NCBI GenBank assembly: GCA_963696295.1 | Contig: CAVOJR010000001.1 | Location: 1,696,001 to 1,760,000, forward strand | From: an uncultured Chlamydiae bacterium | GTDB taxonomy: Bacteria > Chlamydiota > Chlamydiia > Chlamydiales > JAJFMB01 | Reading direction: 5' to 3' | DNA: 64,000 bases | In this document: positions 10,039 through 19,461 of the stretch, in pieces | Layout: each line of letters begins with the position of its first letter | Numbering within the stretch: the first letter of the stretch is position 1 | Position numbers and translations under genes: made by a program | The notes under the pieces: model-generated | Told to the model about the DNA's origin: nothing | Seen by the model: only the letters and a program-made list of their open reading frames with translations | Database searches by the model: none

Positions 10039-12619
10039 TTTGCCTGAAGAGATTCAGGTTTATTGTCACTTTTCCGAAGAGCAAAAGAGGGAAGATTTGT
10101 ACGCGGTTTTGCTCAACGACAACTGGCTGGCCGCTAACGGGGATTTGGCGGGAAAGCTGATCAGGAAATTGCAGGAAACGAAACTCCCCTATGAAAAAGC
10201 CCTTGAGATCAGCCATAAAGCCGCTCAGATTCTGGGCGCTGAACCCCCTGCGCAGCTTGTTATAAAAAATGGGCAAAAGGTAAAAGAGTTTCCTGTCAAT
10301 AAACTGGTTTTGGCTTCACTTGGGGTTGCTTTTCTCTGCTTTGAGGTAGAAGAGGGGGTCTTTCAGGCGATGACTGATGGGGTTATTTCGAATATTAGCT
10401 TACACGGTCTGCGCGACCTTATTTTATTGGCGAAGTTAGCGGAAATGCAAGGTCTTGCCAATAAGGCCGCAAACTATTTTCAGGAGCAAACGGGGCTTAG
10501 CCTCCATGTTAAAGACTTAGACTCAACCGAAGTGACGATCAATAAGGCTTCTTCTCAGGTTTATTTGGAGCGCCTGCCTGCCGCGTGGGACATTCATCTC
10601 GCTCCCAAGTACAACTCAGAAGGCGAGGCGTTTATTACTATTGCCGAGCGGTACAAAGAGAGAGTTAAGTCGGCGAATTTCGGCGGGATAGGGGACGCTT
10701 GTATTCAAAGATTGATACAAGCCTGTGCGAATCTTTGCGAGTTAACAATCTGTTCCCCCGGACTGGAGGAGCTTGATGTGAGCGGCCTTCAAATCCTTTC
10801 CATTCTCAAACTCAACGGGTGTTCCGGGCTGAAAAAGCTGACCTTAGGAACTAATCTTACCCATCTCGAACTTAAGGACTGTTATGCACATGGATGCCTC
10901 GATTTCAGCTCTTTGACAAACCTTGTTTACCTGGATCTTAGCGGCTGCTGGCAGTATAAAACAATCGGCTTGCGCGCGCTTGTGAATCTGACCACGCTGA
11001 AATTGAGATGTTGCTGGGGGCTGATAGAACTGCCCGATTTGAATTATCTAACCAGGCTTACCGCGCTTGATCTCAGCCGGTGCACCAATCTGGGAGAAAT
11101 TAAGATCCGGAAGCTGATTCATCTGATCCACTTAAACCTTAGCGGATGCAAGAAGGCAACCGATTTCTCCGATGTGAGCTTTCTGACAAAACTTGTCAGC
11201 CTCGATATGAGCCAATGCTGGGATATGAAGGTTTTGCCTGATTTAAGCGCCCTTATACACCTTGTCACCCTCAATCTCAACGGGTGCTGGCATGTGCAGA
11301 AAGTCTGTCTCTCGCTCAAAAAGCTCACCACGCTGACTCTCAATATGTGCGACGCTGTCGATGAGGTGGCTTTAAGCAGCTCGAATATCGACCGTCTTGA
11401 TCTGAGCAGCTGTAAAAAAGTAAAAAAACTCCGTTTAGATAATGAGAGCCTGACCTCTCTGCAGGTTGCCAGGTGCACTGCCTTTGATGAGCTTTATTTA
11501 AATGATCTCAAAAACATCGAGAACGTCGAAATTTTGGAAGAAACGAGCGAAGAGGAAAAGGGGAGGTTTCTCGCAAAGTTTCCCCCGAGGGTGGGCAGGA
11601 TGGCCACCCTGAAGGAAATCGATAAAGTTTTGAAGAGAGAGGATTTTGACAAAGCCGCGGCTCTATTTTTTTCATTGAAATCCAGGGGGGATTTTGCGGA
11701 GATTTTACGGTTAGCCGTCGAGAAATTTTACAACCTCGCCGCCTGGCTTGTAGAGAGGCATCCCGAAGAGTTAGAGCAGGCCTTGGAATTAATCCCCGGT
11801 GTGAGGTCATTGAGTATTTTGCCGTTTTTAGCTCCGGATGAGGTGAAATCAACCCTCTTGGGCGTAAAAGAAGAAGAGCGGAAAAAATGGTTGCAGGAAC
11901 CGCTTACCTATACACAATTTTCAGGGAGTGTTCTTGAGGTGTTAAAAGAGGTCAAGAGAGGCAATCTCGACGGGACAGGAGAAATCAATCCGGTCATTCA
12001 GGGAGAGTTTTTAAAAATTGTTTCATTTAAGGCCTTTGCCGCTCTCGCTTTAGATCCGAGCTTAAAAGAGATCGCCTTTGCTTATCTTCCCCTTCTCAAT
12101 GAGAGCCGCCTTGCCGCGGCCGTGCCCGCCCTTACGGAAGCGCGTCTGATGGAATTCCTGCGCCTTCAGCCGTTCCAGTGCCACGCCAGTTATCTCGCTT
12201 ATGCGACACATGCCCAGAAGGAGATCTACCTGGAAGCGATGCCGGAATTTCTTAAGACCCCTTCTTTGGGATTAAGATCCTGGGTTTTTCAAACCAGGCT
12301 GAGCCTCGGCCTTATAAGATCAAAATTGCTGCGCCACAGTCCGCCCCTTTTGCAAAAAATAAATGAAAAAATGGAGGCTTATAACCTCACGCTTAATCAA
12401 ATCGAAGCGGGTTTAAGCCAAGAGGGTCAAGAAGAGGAGTTACTGGATGTGATCACGAAGGAGCCGCTGACCGATCCCTATCAGGACCGGCAGGGCCGCA
12501 TATTAAATAAATCGACCTGGGAGATGCTGATAGCCAACCGGCAAAGAAATCCCTTTGACCGCTCCTGGCTGACGCTAGCGCACATTTCGCCCGCATTAAA
12601 AGAGGAAGGGAAGAAATAG
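10025..12619 (+). CDS. Leucine-rich repeat protein with C-terminal U-box-like domain (candidate host-targeted E3 ligase)
   Basis: About 10 LxxLxLxxC repeats; C-terminal LLDVITKEPLTDPY...GRILNKSTW...NPFDR; N-terminal KEFPVNKLVLAS resembles a BTB motif. Confidence 0.75.
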   Translation: MIKADLPEEIQVYCHFSEEQKREDLYAVLLNDNWLAANGDLAGKLIRKLQETKLPYEKALEISHKAAQILGAEPPAQLVIKNGQKVKEFPVNKLVLASLGVAFLCFEVEEGVFQAMTDGVISNISLHGLRDLILLAKLAEMQGLANKAANYFQEQTGLSLHVKDLDSTEVTINKASSQVYLERLPAAWDIHLAPKYNSEGEAFITIAERYKERVKSANFGGIGDACIQRLIQACANLCELTICSPGLEELDVSGLQILSILKLNGCSGLKKLTLGTNLTHLELKDCYAHGCLDFSSLTNLVYLDLSGCWQYKTIGLRALVNLTTLKLRCCWGLIELPDLNYLTRLTALDLSRCTNLGEIKIRKLIHLIHLNLSGCKKATDFSDVSFLTKLVSLDMSQCWDMKVLPDLSALIHLVTLNLNGCWHVQKVCLSLKKLTTLTLNMCDAVDEVALSSSNIDRLDLSSCKKVKKLRLDNESLTSLQVARCTAFDELYLNDLKNIENVEILEETSEEEKGRFLAKFPPRVGRMATLKEIDKVLKREDFDKAAALFFSLKSRGDFAEILRLAVEKFYNLAAWLVERHPEELEQALELIPGVRSLSILPFLAPDEVKSTLLGVKEEERKKWLQEPLTYTQFSGSVLEVLKEVKRGNLDGTGEINPVIQGEFLKIVSFKAFAALALDPSLKEIAFAYLPLLNESRLAAAVPALTEARLMEFLRLQPFQCHASYLAYATHAQKEIYLEAMPEFLKTPSLGLRSWVFQTRLSLGLIRSKLLRHSPPLLQKINEKMEAYNLTLNQIEAGLSQEGQEEELLDVITKEPLTDPYQDRQGRILNKSTWEMLIANRQRNPFDRSWLTLAHISPALKEEGKK

Positions 12620-12685
12620 AATTCTATTGATTTTACCAATTAAAATTTGTTAATTTAATCCCTGATCAATTACAAGCGAAAACGT

Positions 12686-14218
12686 ATGCTTAGAAGATTT
12701 TTAGACTGGCAATTGGCGCTCACTGAGAAGGGAAAACCGCTTCACAAGCTGCAACCCCTGATTTCCGCGGGCGACACATTTCTCTACGAAGCTCCCCACA
12801 ATACCGCTAAAGGCCCCCATATCCGCGATGCGATCGATGTGAAGCGGTGGATGCTGATTGTGGTTGCGGCGCTTCTGCCCTGTTTGTTCATGGCCATCTG
12901 GAATACCGGCCTGCAGGCTTATGTTTACGGCAGCGGCGACTACAAGCTGATGAACGAGTTTTTGCTCGCCTCAAAATCGCTGCCCGATTATTTGGCCTTC
13001 GCTGGGAAGGAGGGGAGAGCGTGGGAAATTCTGAAGGAGGGGGCCTATATTGTGCTGCCTCTTCTCGCTTTGACCTATGCCGTCGGGGGATTTTGGGAGG
13101 CGCTTTTCGCGGTCCTCCGCAAGCATGAGATCTCCGAAGGATTCCTGGTGACCGGCATTCTTTATGTCTTCATACTGCCTCCGACAATCCCCTACTGGAT
13201 GGCCGCCGTCGGCGTGTCGCTGGGGGTCATTTTCGGCAAAGAGCTCTTCGGCGGCTCCGGCATGAATATCGTCAACCCGGCTCTGATCTGCCGCGCTTTT
13301 CTCTTCTTCGGGTTTCCGGGCAGAATGTCGGGAAGCATTTGGGTAGGGGATGACGCCGGAAAAGTGCGCGCGAGCCTCGCAAAAATGAATCAGGATGCCG
13401 GCCTGTCTGGGGTGGATGGCTACACGCAGGCAACCAAATTGTCCCAATTTAATATCACGCATGAGATCAAGCGGATTCACGTCGACGCGATAGCGACAAA
13501 TGATTTGGGTAAAAACGTCGATACCTATGCCGCTATCGAAAAGAGCTTCGGCCATTGGAACGCTCTAGGAAAACAGGAGGCGACCCTTGGCGAATTATCC
13601 CCGGAACAGCTGAAAGCCTTTGTCACTCAGCCGCTTTCTGAAGGGGGCTTGGGATTAAATCAGGGCCTTTACGACGATGCCTACCATTTTTCCGCTCTGA
13701 ATTTCGGCTTGGGAGACAATCACGATTTCGGCTTCTTTATGGGAAATAAATTGGGCTGCATCGGCGAGACCTCCATTTTAGCCTGCCTGCTCGGCGCTCT
13801 ATTCCTCATCTATACCGGCGTCGGCTCCTGGAGGACGATGGTGGCGATGGGTTTAGGGGCTTATTTGACGGCTCTTGTCTTTGAATGGGGCTCCAAGTGG
13901 ATCGGCCCCGATGCGGGCGCCTGGAATGCCGCGCAATTTGCCTTTCCCGCCTACAAACACATGCTCCTTGGCGGATTGGCTTTCGGCCTGGTTTTCATGG
14001 CGACCGATCCCGTGACTTCGCCCAGCATGAAGTTCGCAAAATGGCTTTACGGCCTTTTATGCGGCTTCCTGGCGATCATCATCCGGGTGTTAAACCCCGC
14101 CTATCCGGAAGGGGTCATGCTGGCCATACTCGTCGGCAATGTCTTTGCTCCGCTGTTTGACTATTATGTTTCGCAATACGCGAGAAAGAGGAGGGTCCAA
14201 AGTGGCGCCAGAGCCTAA
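12686..14218 (+). CDS. nqrB: Na+-translocating NADH:quinone reductase subunit B
   Basis: PHIRDAIDVKRWM, SEGFLVTG, VDGYTQAT (FMN-Thr), FMATDPV and PAYPEGVMLAIL motifs. Confidence 0.97.
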   Translation: MLRRFLDWQLALTEKGKPLHKLQPLISAGDTFLYEAPHNTAKGPHIRDAIDVKRWMLIVVAALLPCLFMAIWNTGLQAYVYGSGDYKLMNEFLLASKSLPDYLAFAGKEGRAWEILKEGAYIVLPLLALTYAVGGFWEALFAVLRKHEISEGFLVTGILYVFILPPTIPYWMAAVGVSLGVIFGKELFGGSGMNIVNPALICRAFLFFGFPGRMSGSIWVGDDAGKVRASLAKMNQDAGLSGVDGYTQATKLSQFNITHEIKRIHVDAIATNDLGKNVDTYAAIEKSFGHWNALGKQEATLGELSPEQLKAFVTQPLSEGGLGLNQGLYDDAYHFSALNFGLGDNHDFGFFMGNKLGCIGETSILACLLGALFLIYTGVGSWRTMVAMGLGAYLTALVFEWGSKWIGPDAGAWNAAQFAFPAYKHMLLGGLAFGLVFMATDPVTSPSMKFAKWLYGLLCGFLAIIIRVLNPAYPEGVMLAILVGNVFAPLFDYYVSQYARKRRVQSGARA

Positions 14219-15113
14219 GAAACAGCCGACTAATGCGGGCACCATCCTTTTCATGGTGATCCTGAGCTTTATTTGCGCGCTTATTTTATCGGTGCTCGCC
14301 TCGCTGCTCGCCAAACCGCAAGAGATTGCGCTGGAGCTGGACCGCAGCAAACAGATGATGATCGCTGCGAAAATGTACGATTTCGGCGGCTATTTTTTGA
14401 TGAAAAAGGGAGAGGAATATATCCCCGCCAAATTCACCGCGGAGGGCGTTTTGGTGCCGGGCAGCGATAGAGATATTCCGACCACCTCCCAGATCATCGA
14501 AGTCAAGGATGCCCGCCTGATCCCTTTTCTCGTCAATAAGAAGGGGGAATCGACCACTTTCGAAAAAGCCGGCATGAATCTCGACGATTATATTGCCGAT
14601 TTCAAAAAGACCGGCTACTACAGACAGCCCTGGATGTTGATTTATAAAATCCTCCCCAATTCAGAAAAAGGGAAAGAGGAAAAACCGGCGGGCTATGTGA
14701 TTCCGGTCAACGGTTTTGGACTTTGGGATGCCATCTACGGTTATATCGCCATTCAAAACAACGGCAATACCGTGATGGGCATTTCCTGGTATGATCAAAA
14801 AGAGACCCCCGGCCTTGGAGCGAATATCGCTGAGCCTGAGTGGCAAAGCCTCTTTCCCGGCAAACAGATCTTTCAGGAGGGGCCAGGCGGCAAAACAGAT
14901 TTTAAGACAGCGCCTCTCGGAATCACTGTGGTGAAGGGAAAAGTGGCGGACGTTTTTGGGGATACCCCCAAAGCCAAGAGCGCCGTCGACGGGATGGCAG
15001 GGGCGACCTTGACAGGCAATGGCGTGACGGCGGCCTATCAGGAATCTCTTTCCCCTTACCGGGCCTTTCTGATAAAAGTACATGAAGAGAGCAACAAAGA
15101 GGGAGCCTCATGA
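14202..15113 (+). CDS. nqrC: Na+-NQR subunit C
   Basis: [19 protein letters not shown] and [10 protein letters not shown] motifs. GTG start at 14202 follows a GAGGAGG RBS. Confidence 0.95.
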   Translation: MAPEPKKQPTNAGTILFMVILSFICALILSVLASLLAKPQEIALELDRSKQMMIAAKMYDFGGYFLMKKGEEYIPAKFTAEGVLVPGSDRDIPTTSQIIEVKDARLIPFLVNKKGESTTFEKAGMNLDDYIADFKKTGYYRQPWMLIYKILPNSEKGKEEKPAGYVIPVNGFGLWDAIYGYIAIQNNGNTVMGISWYDQKETPGLGANIAEPEWQSLFPGKQIFQEGPGGKTDFKTAPLGITVVKGKVADVFGDTPKAKSAVDGMAGATLTGNGVTAAYQESLSPYRAFLIKVHEESNKEGAS

Positions 15114-15742
15114 GCCAGCAAAAAATAACACCTGCATCCTATTTCACCACGCAGCTTTGGAGCAGCAACCAGATTCTCGTGGCCGTGTTAGGGATTTGTT
15201 CCGCGTTAGGTGTGACGAACCGCCTCTCGGTGGCGCTGACGATGGGGCTTTCGGTGACTTTTGTGACCGCCTGCTCCTCCTTTTTTGTCTCCTATTTGCG
15301 CAATATCACCCCAGATAGCGTGCGGATGATCACTCAGCTCGCCATAATCTCGGTTTTCGTGATCATCATCGATCAGCTTCTGCGCGCCTATTTCTTCAGC
15401 CTCTCCAAAGTGTTAAGCGTCTTTGTGGGGCTGATCATCACCAACTGCCTGGTCATGGGGCGGGCCGAGGGGATGGCGAAAAATGTCGAGCCGTGGCCGG
15501 CCTTCATGGATGGCCTGGGTGCCGGGCTTGGCTACGCCATTGTGATCTGCATCGTCGGGGCGATAAGGGAGATTTTTGGCTTTGGCCAGCTTTTCGGCTT
15601 TCAGGTCATCCCTCAATCGTTTTACGCCTCAGCCGCTCATCCGAACGCGTATGAGAACTTCGTTTTGATGGTCAGCCCCCCCGCCGCCTTTTTTATTATC
15701 GGGTTGATGATCGGGGCTTTTAATCTTTTTAATAAGAAGTGA
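15110..15742 (+). CDS. nqrD: Na+-NQR subunit D
   Basis: [10 protein letters not shown] and [15 protein letters not shown] motifs. Confidence 0.96.
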   Translation: MSQQKITPASYFTTQLWSSNQILVAVLGICSALGVTNRLSVALTMGLSVTFVTACSSFFVSYLRNITPDSVRMITQLAIISVFVIIIDQLLRAYFFSLSKVLSVFVGLIITNCLVMGRAEGMAKNVEPWPAFMDGLGAGLGYAIVICIVGAIREIFGFGQLFGFQVIPQSFYASAAHPNAYENFVLMVSPPAAFFIIGLMIGAFNLFNKK

Positions 15743-15751
15743 GGGTCTATT

Positions 15752-16507
15752 ATGTGGATGGGCAATTACGAGCTGATCAACCTCTTCGGAATGGTTTTTC
15801 AATCGATTTTCATCGAAAATTTCCTTTTAGCCAATTTTCTGGGGATGTGCACCTTTTTGGCCTGTTCGACCAAATTGAAAACAGCAAACGGCCTAGGAGT
15901 TGCCGTGGTCTTTGTATTAACCTGCGCCGGTATTCTCAACTGGCTGGTGTTTAAATTCATAACGGGGGAGAACGCCCTCTCCTGGCTGAGTTATTTTGGA
16001 TTGGACACGACGGGAATCAATCTCAATTTCCTCCAGTTTTTGCTCTTCATCGCCGTGATAGCGGCCTTTACCCAAATGATAGAAATTGTGATCGAGCGGA
16101 TTGCCCCCTCTCTATACCTCACGCTCGGCCTTTATTTGCCGCTGATCGCCGTTAACTGCGCTATATTGGGCGCCTGCCTCTTTGCCGTGACGCGGGACTA
16201 CCCCTTCTGGCCCAATTTGTTCTATGTCTTTGGCTCAGGCATGGGGTGGTGGCTTGCGATTGCTTTGATGGCGGCTATCCGGGAAAAGCTGGCCGTATCC
16301 AACGTAGTGCCCCCTTTGCGCGGAATGGGGATCACCTTTATCATGGCCGGCTTGATGGCGATGGCTTTTCAAGGCTTTGTGGGCATCCGGCTGGCTGATC
16401 CGACAGGAGGCGTACCCGTCGACGAACATCCGATTCCGGAGCCGCTAGCTTATACCCAAACAACCTCAAAATTTGGGATTTCGGCGTTGCCGAAAACAAA
16501 ATTTTGA
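15752..16507 (+). CDS. nqrE: Na+-NQR subunit E; the last ~18 codons derive from a palindromic element
   Basis: FLGMCTFLACS, LPLIAVNCAILG and AIREKL motifs. Confidence 0.96.
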   Translation: MWMGNYELINLFGMVFQSIFIENFLLANFLGMCTFLACSTKLKTANGLGVAVVFVLTCAGILNWLVFKFITGENALSWLSYFGLDTTGINLNFLQFLLFIAVIAAFTQMIEIVIERIAPSLYLTLGLYLPLIAVNCAILGACLFAVTRDYPFWPNLFYVFGSGMGWWLAIALMAAIREKLAVSNVVPPLRGMGITFIMAGLMAMAFQGFVGIRLADPTGGVPVDEHPIPEPLAYTQTTSKFGISALPKTKF

Positions 16508-16514
16508 GGTTGTT
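16451..16514. repeat. Short palindromic element related to the hemD element; supplies the nqrE stop codon
   Basis: Perfect 16-bp inverted repeat AACAACCTCAAAATTT (16459-16474)/AAATTTTGAGGTTGTT (16499-16514); inner TTTCGGC/GCCGAAA; starts TATACCCAAACAAC, as at 54879. Confidence 0.88.
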
Positions 16515-16515
16515 C

Positions 16516-17301
16516 ATGATAAATAGAGTTCTCTTAATTCTTTTAGCTCCTTTTTTCCTTTATTGCGAGCCTATCAAAAGGATACAAATTTTTGGGGAGA
16601 GGTGTTCCGGAACAAACTATTTGGAAAGTTTATTAAAGGCCAATTGCAAAAATATTGATGAAGATTATTTTTTTTATGGCTGGAAGCATTTTCCCTGCTG
16701 GTTTGACTATCCCTTTAATCCGAAGTTCTATCCGGTCCCAAAGCGCAATTATACTCTCGAAAATAACAGGAATTGCCTTTTTATTATTATTTTTCGCGAC
16801 CCCTACGATTGGCTGAGAAGCCTTCACCTCACTCCCTTTCATGCCACGGATAATTTAAAAAATATTCCCTTTGGCGACTTCATCCGCACAAAATGGACTG
16901 TCGATGCCGCTCAGATGCGGGAATGGGGGAATTTTGAGATCAATCCGGCCAACGGTTTGCCCTTCAAAAACGTGATGAAGCTAAGGAAAGCTCGTATCCT
17001 CAATATGTTGCGGATAAAAGATTTGGTGCATAATTTCTATATGATCAATTATGAAACCCTCAGCAAATCTCCGGAGGAGGTCCTGCGTGAAATCAGTCAC
17101 CTTTTCGGGGTGGAATTGCAGGAAGAATTTACGCCGATTCTGCAATCTAAAAAAGGTTTTAAAAAAAACACTGAGATTTATCAAGGTTCCCATTATCCGG
17201 CGATCAGCGCGGAAGATCTGGCCTTTATCAATCAGCAATTGGATTGGAGCGTTGAGGAGCAAATCGGTTACGGAGAGATGCAGGAAGTACCTGGGAAGTA
17301 G
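16516..17301 (+). CDS. Sulfotransferase-like P-loop protein with signal peptide
   Basis: IFGERCSGTNYLE (PSB-like), IFRDPYDWLRS and INYETL motifs; ATG at 16516. Confidence 0.65.
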   Translation: MINRVLLILLAPFFLYCEPIKRIQIFGERCSGTNYLESLLKANCKNIDEDYFFYGWKHFPCWFDYPFNPKFYPVPKRNYTLENNRNCLFIIIFRDPYDWLRSLHLTPFHATDNLKNIPFGDFIRTKWTVDAAQMREWGNFEINPANGLPFKNVMKLRKARILNMLRIKDLVHNFYMINYETLSKSPEEVLREISHLFGVELQEEFTPILQSKKGFKKNTEIYQGSHYPAISAEDLAFINQQLDWSVEEQIGYGEMQEVPGK

Positions 17302-17573
17302 GATTTTTTGATACTGTGATAGGGGTTTTTCTTGTAGTTGCTTGAGGCTTTACTTGCGCTGTGAAAATTTGTTCGATGGAATGGGTTTCCGTTGGGTCAA
17401 TATGCATAGCGTCTTCAACGGGTGAAATGGGCACCTCGTTTATTCTTTGATTATATTTATCGTAAGGATTGTGTCCTTTAATTTCTACCATAACTAACTC
17501 CATGTATATTTATATAATAATACAAGCCAGCTATATAAACAACTATTTTGAAATCTGTAAGGATATGATTAAT

Positions 17574-19097
17574 TTATGGAACCCAAAGCTCTTTGGTGAA
17601 GGGGCGGTTTTCCGGGATCACGTGGATGAAGCGGTCAACCGGCACATTCCTGATGCTCCCTTGTTCCGAGATTAATCCCTCCTGCTTCCACACCCGGATC
17701 AGCTGAGCTTTATGTTCCTCGCTTTGAACCACAACCCCCCGGATATAACGCGGAGGGATGTGATAGGGGATCATCACTTCATTGGTTGAAGAGGTGGTCC
17801 GGCCCGCAAAGGAGATCAGGTTTTCATTAGCATTTGATCTTTTGCCGTAATTATCCTTGTGATTCGCATAGGAATCGGGAGTAACCGCCTCAAAATCGAT
17901 CAAAAATTGGATCGGTCCTCTAAAGGGATAATTACTAATGGGAGTTTTGGACAGGTTGTTGTTAATAGCCCTGGTAAACACACTCAAGGCACCCCCCGAA
18001 TCCAGGTCTTCGCCGCAGGAGCCTCCCATTTGCCCAAGCCCCCCTTGCAAACGTTTCTCGGTGCTATAAAAGCCGTTTTGGAGCAAAACAGCCGCGTTTT
18101 TCCAGACATTTGTTATATCAGACTCCAATCCTCCCACTCCGACCATCAGACCCCAGCCTCCGTTTTTCCTCATTTGTTCGCCGTAATCGGGGATTTTCCA
18201 CGCCGATACCCCCGGCAATATCTCCTCTTTTCTCATCAGGGTTCTTTCCGGGCAGACCTCTGGAGAAAAGGCTTTTTGCATCTGCTCGAGTCTCATTTTT
18301 TCATCAAATGACTCCTCCGGATCGGTAAGAATGTCGCTTAGGCCCAAGTTATTTAAGATAAATTCTAGCCTTTCGACGATCTCTTCCTGGCTCAAGTTGG
18401 CGCTGTCATCGATCTCAATATTGACAAAGCCTTTTAATGACTCCACATCAGTGGGGAGCCCGATGGTCGCTATTCCGATCCCTTTAAAGGCGATTTCCAT
18501 GTCTTTGCTTCCATAAACTTCCATTCCGTTTTGCGAGGTAAAGTTGTTTTCCTGATCGGGCCCTTTAAAAACATGCCTCCCGTAGCGCACTTCGCAATCT
18601 TTGGGCAATTGCGGCGTGTTATTGATCGTAAAATCAAAACAGCGGGTAGGTCTTCCTTCAACCTTGCGGAATGAGGAGCGGATGACGCCGTCTCTTAACA
18701 CATCATGATCCAGGGGGCCGGTAAACTTTCCAAAAGTTGAGGAGTTTTCCAAAACCTTATAAATCTTTTTCGAGGGTCCCTTTTCTTCAGCCAGAATGGC
18801 TTTGCTGATGACAATGGTGTAGTGTTTATCTTGTTTGGATTGAGAAGCCTGTCTTTCGTCTAAAATGCGAAAAGATTTATCCTTATCGTGATATTCCAGT
18901 TGATAGATGGAACGGGAAGCCGAGCACTGGATGAATGTGGTGATCACTCTATTAAGCTGCGCGTTCGATTGAGCGGAGGTATCTCCGGTCACGGTAACTT
19001 GCCAGCGCTCTCCTTTGACGTTTTCGAGAAACCCTTTTTGAACGATACCCCCTTCTAAATTTGCTTCTGCCGGAACAAAATGATAAATGGGGTTCAT
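17574..19097 (-). CDS. Hypothetical protein, candidate effector with an ART-like C-terminal domain
   Basis: 507-aa ORF with RBS (GGAG) and no signal peptide. C-terminal GFYSTEKR...SGGALSVFTR...NEVMIPYHIPPRYIRGVVV; the fold is an inference. Confidence 0.55.
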   Translation of the reverse strand: MNPIYHFVPAEANLEGGIVQKGFLENVKGERWQVTVTGDTSAQSNAQLNRVITTFIQCSASRSIYQLEYHDKDKSFRILDERQASQSKQDKHYTIVISKAILAEEKGPSKKIYKVLENSSTFGKFTGPLDHDVLRDGVIRSSFRKVEGRPTRCFDFTINNTPQLPKDCEVRYGRHVFKGPDQENNFTSQNGMEVYGSKDMEIAFKGIGIATIGLPTDVESLKGFVNIEIDDSANLSQEEIVERLEFILNNLGLSDILTDPEESFDEKMRLEQMQKAFSPEVCPERTLMRKEEILPGVSAWKIPDYGEQMRKNGGWGLMVGVGGLESDITNVWKNAAVLLQNGFYSTEKRLQGGLGQMGGSCGEDLDSGGALSVFTRAINNNLSKTPISNYPFRGPIQFLIDFEAVTPDSYANHKDNYGKRSNANENLISFAGRTTSSTNEVMIPYHIPPRYIRGVVVQSEEHKAQLIRVWKQEGLISEQGSIRNVPVDRFIHVIPENRPFTKELWVP

Positions 19098-19106
19098 ATT
19101 TACTCC

Positions 19107-19445
19107 CTATTTTGCGAAATAAGAATTTAAGTAAAATTCCTGCAGCTCCTCATCGCTTCCAAAGGAGGGGGAACCCCAGGCATAGGGTTTTACTTTCTCA
19201 TTATAAATGGGTAAGGTTAAGATACATAGAGTAACTACTCCCTCAGGTGTTTCGATAGCTATTTCTGCGGGCGCTTCTTCGCGAAGGGGGGTGAGGAGGC
19301 GATCAAAAAAGAGCACTTTGCCTCTGGAGGTATCCTCCCATTCGGCCCGGTCAGAAAAAAAGCGGGGCCGGATGGCAATTCTGCCAAAATGTTTGTCGTT
19401 TGTGTCGACAAAATAAACCTTGTTATAAGATGTAATTAAGTTCAT
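19107..19445 (-). CDS. Small hypothetical protein
   Basis: 112-aa ORF co-oriented with and tightly packed between its neighbours. Confidence 0.65.
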   Translation of the reverse strand: MNLITSYNKVYFVDTNDKHFGRIAIRPRFFSDRAEWEDTSRGKVLFFDRLLTPLREEAPAEIAIETPEGVVTLCILTLPIYNEKVKPYAWGSPSFGSDEELQEFYLNSYFAK

Positions 19446-19461
19446 AAAAACAACTTTTTAT

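Noticed and set aside
12686..16507. nqr operon missing nqrA and nqrF
   Set aside because: Split nqr loci are the normal chlamydial arrangement.
17228..17503. 91-aa minus-strand ORF, possibly a truncated effector N-terminus
   Set aside because: It overlaps the convergent gene by 74 bp and has no motif, so it cannot be supported as a gene or pseudogene.
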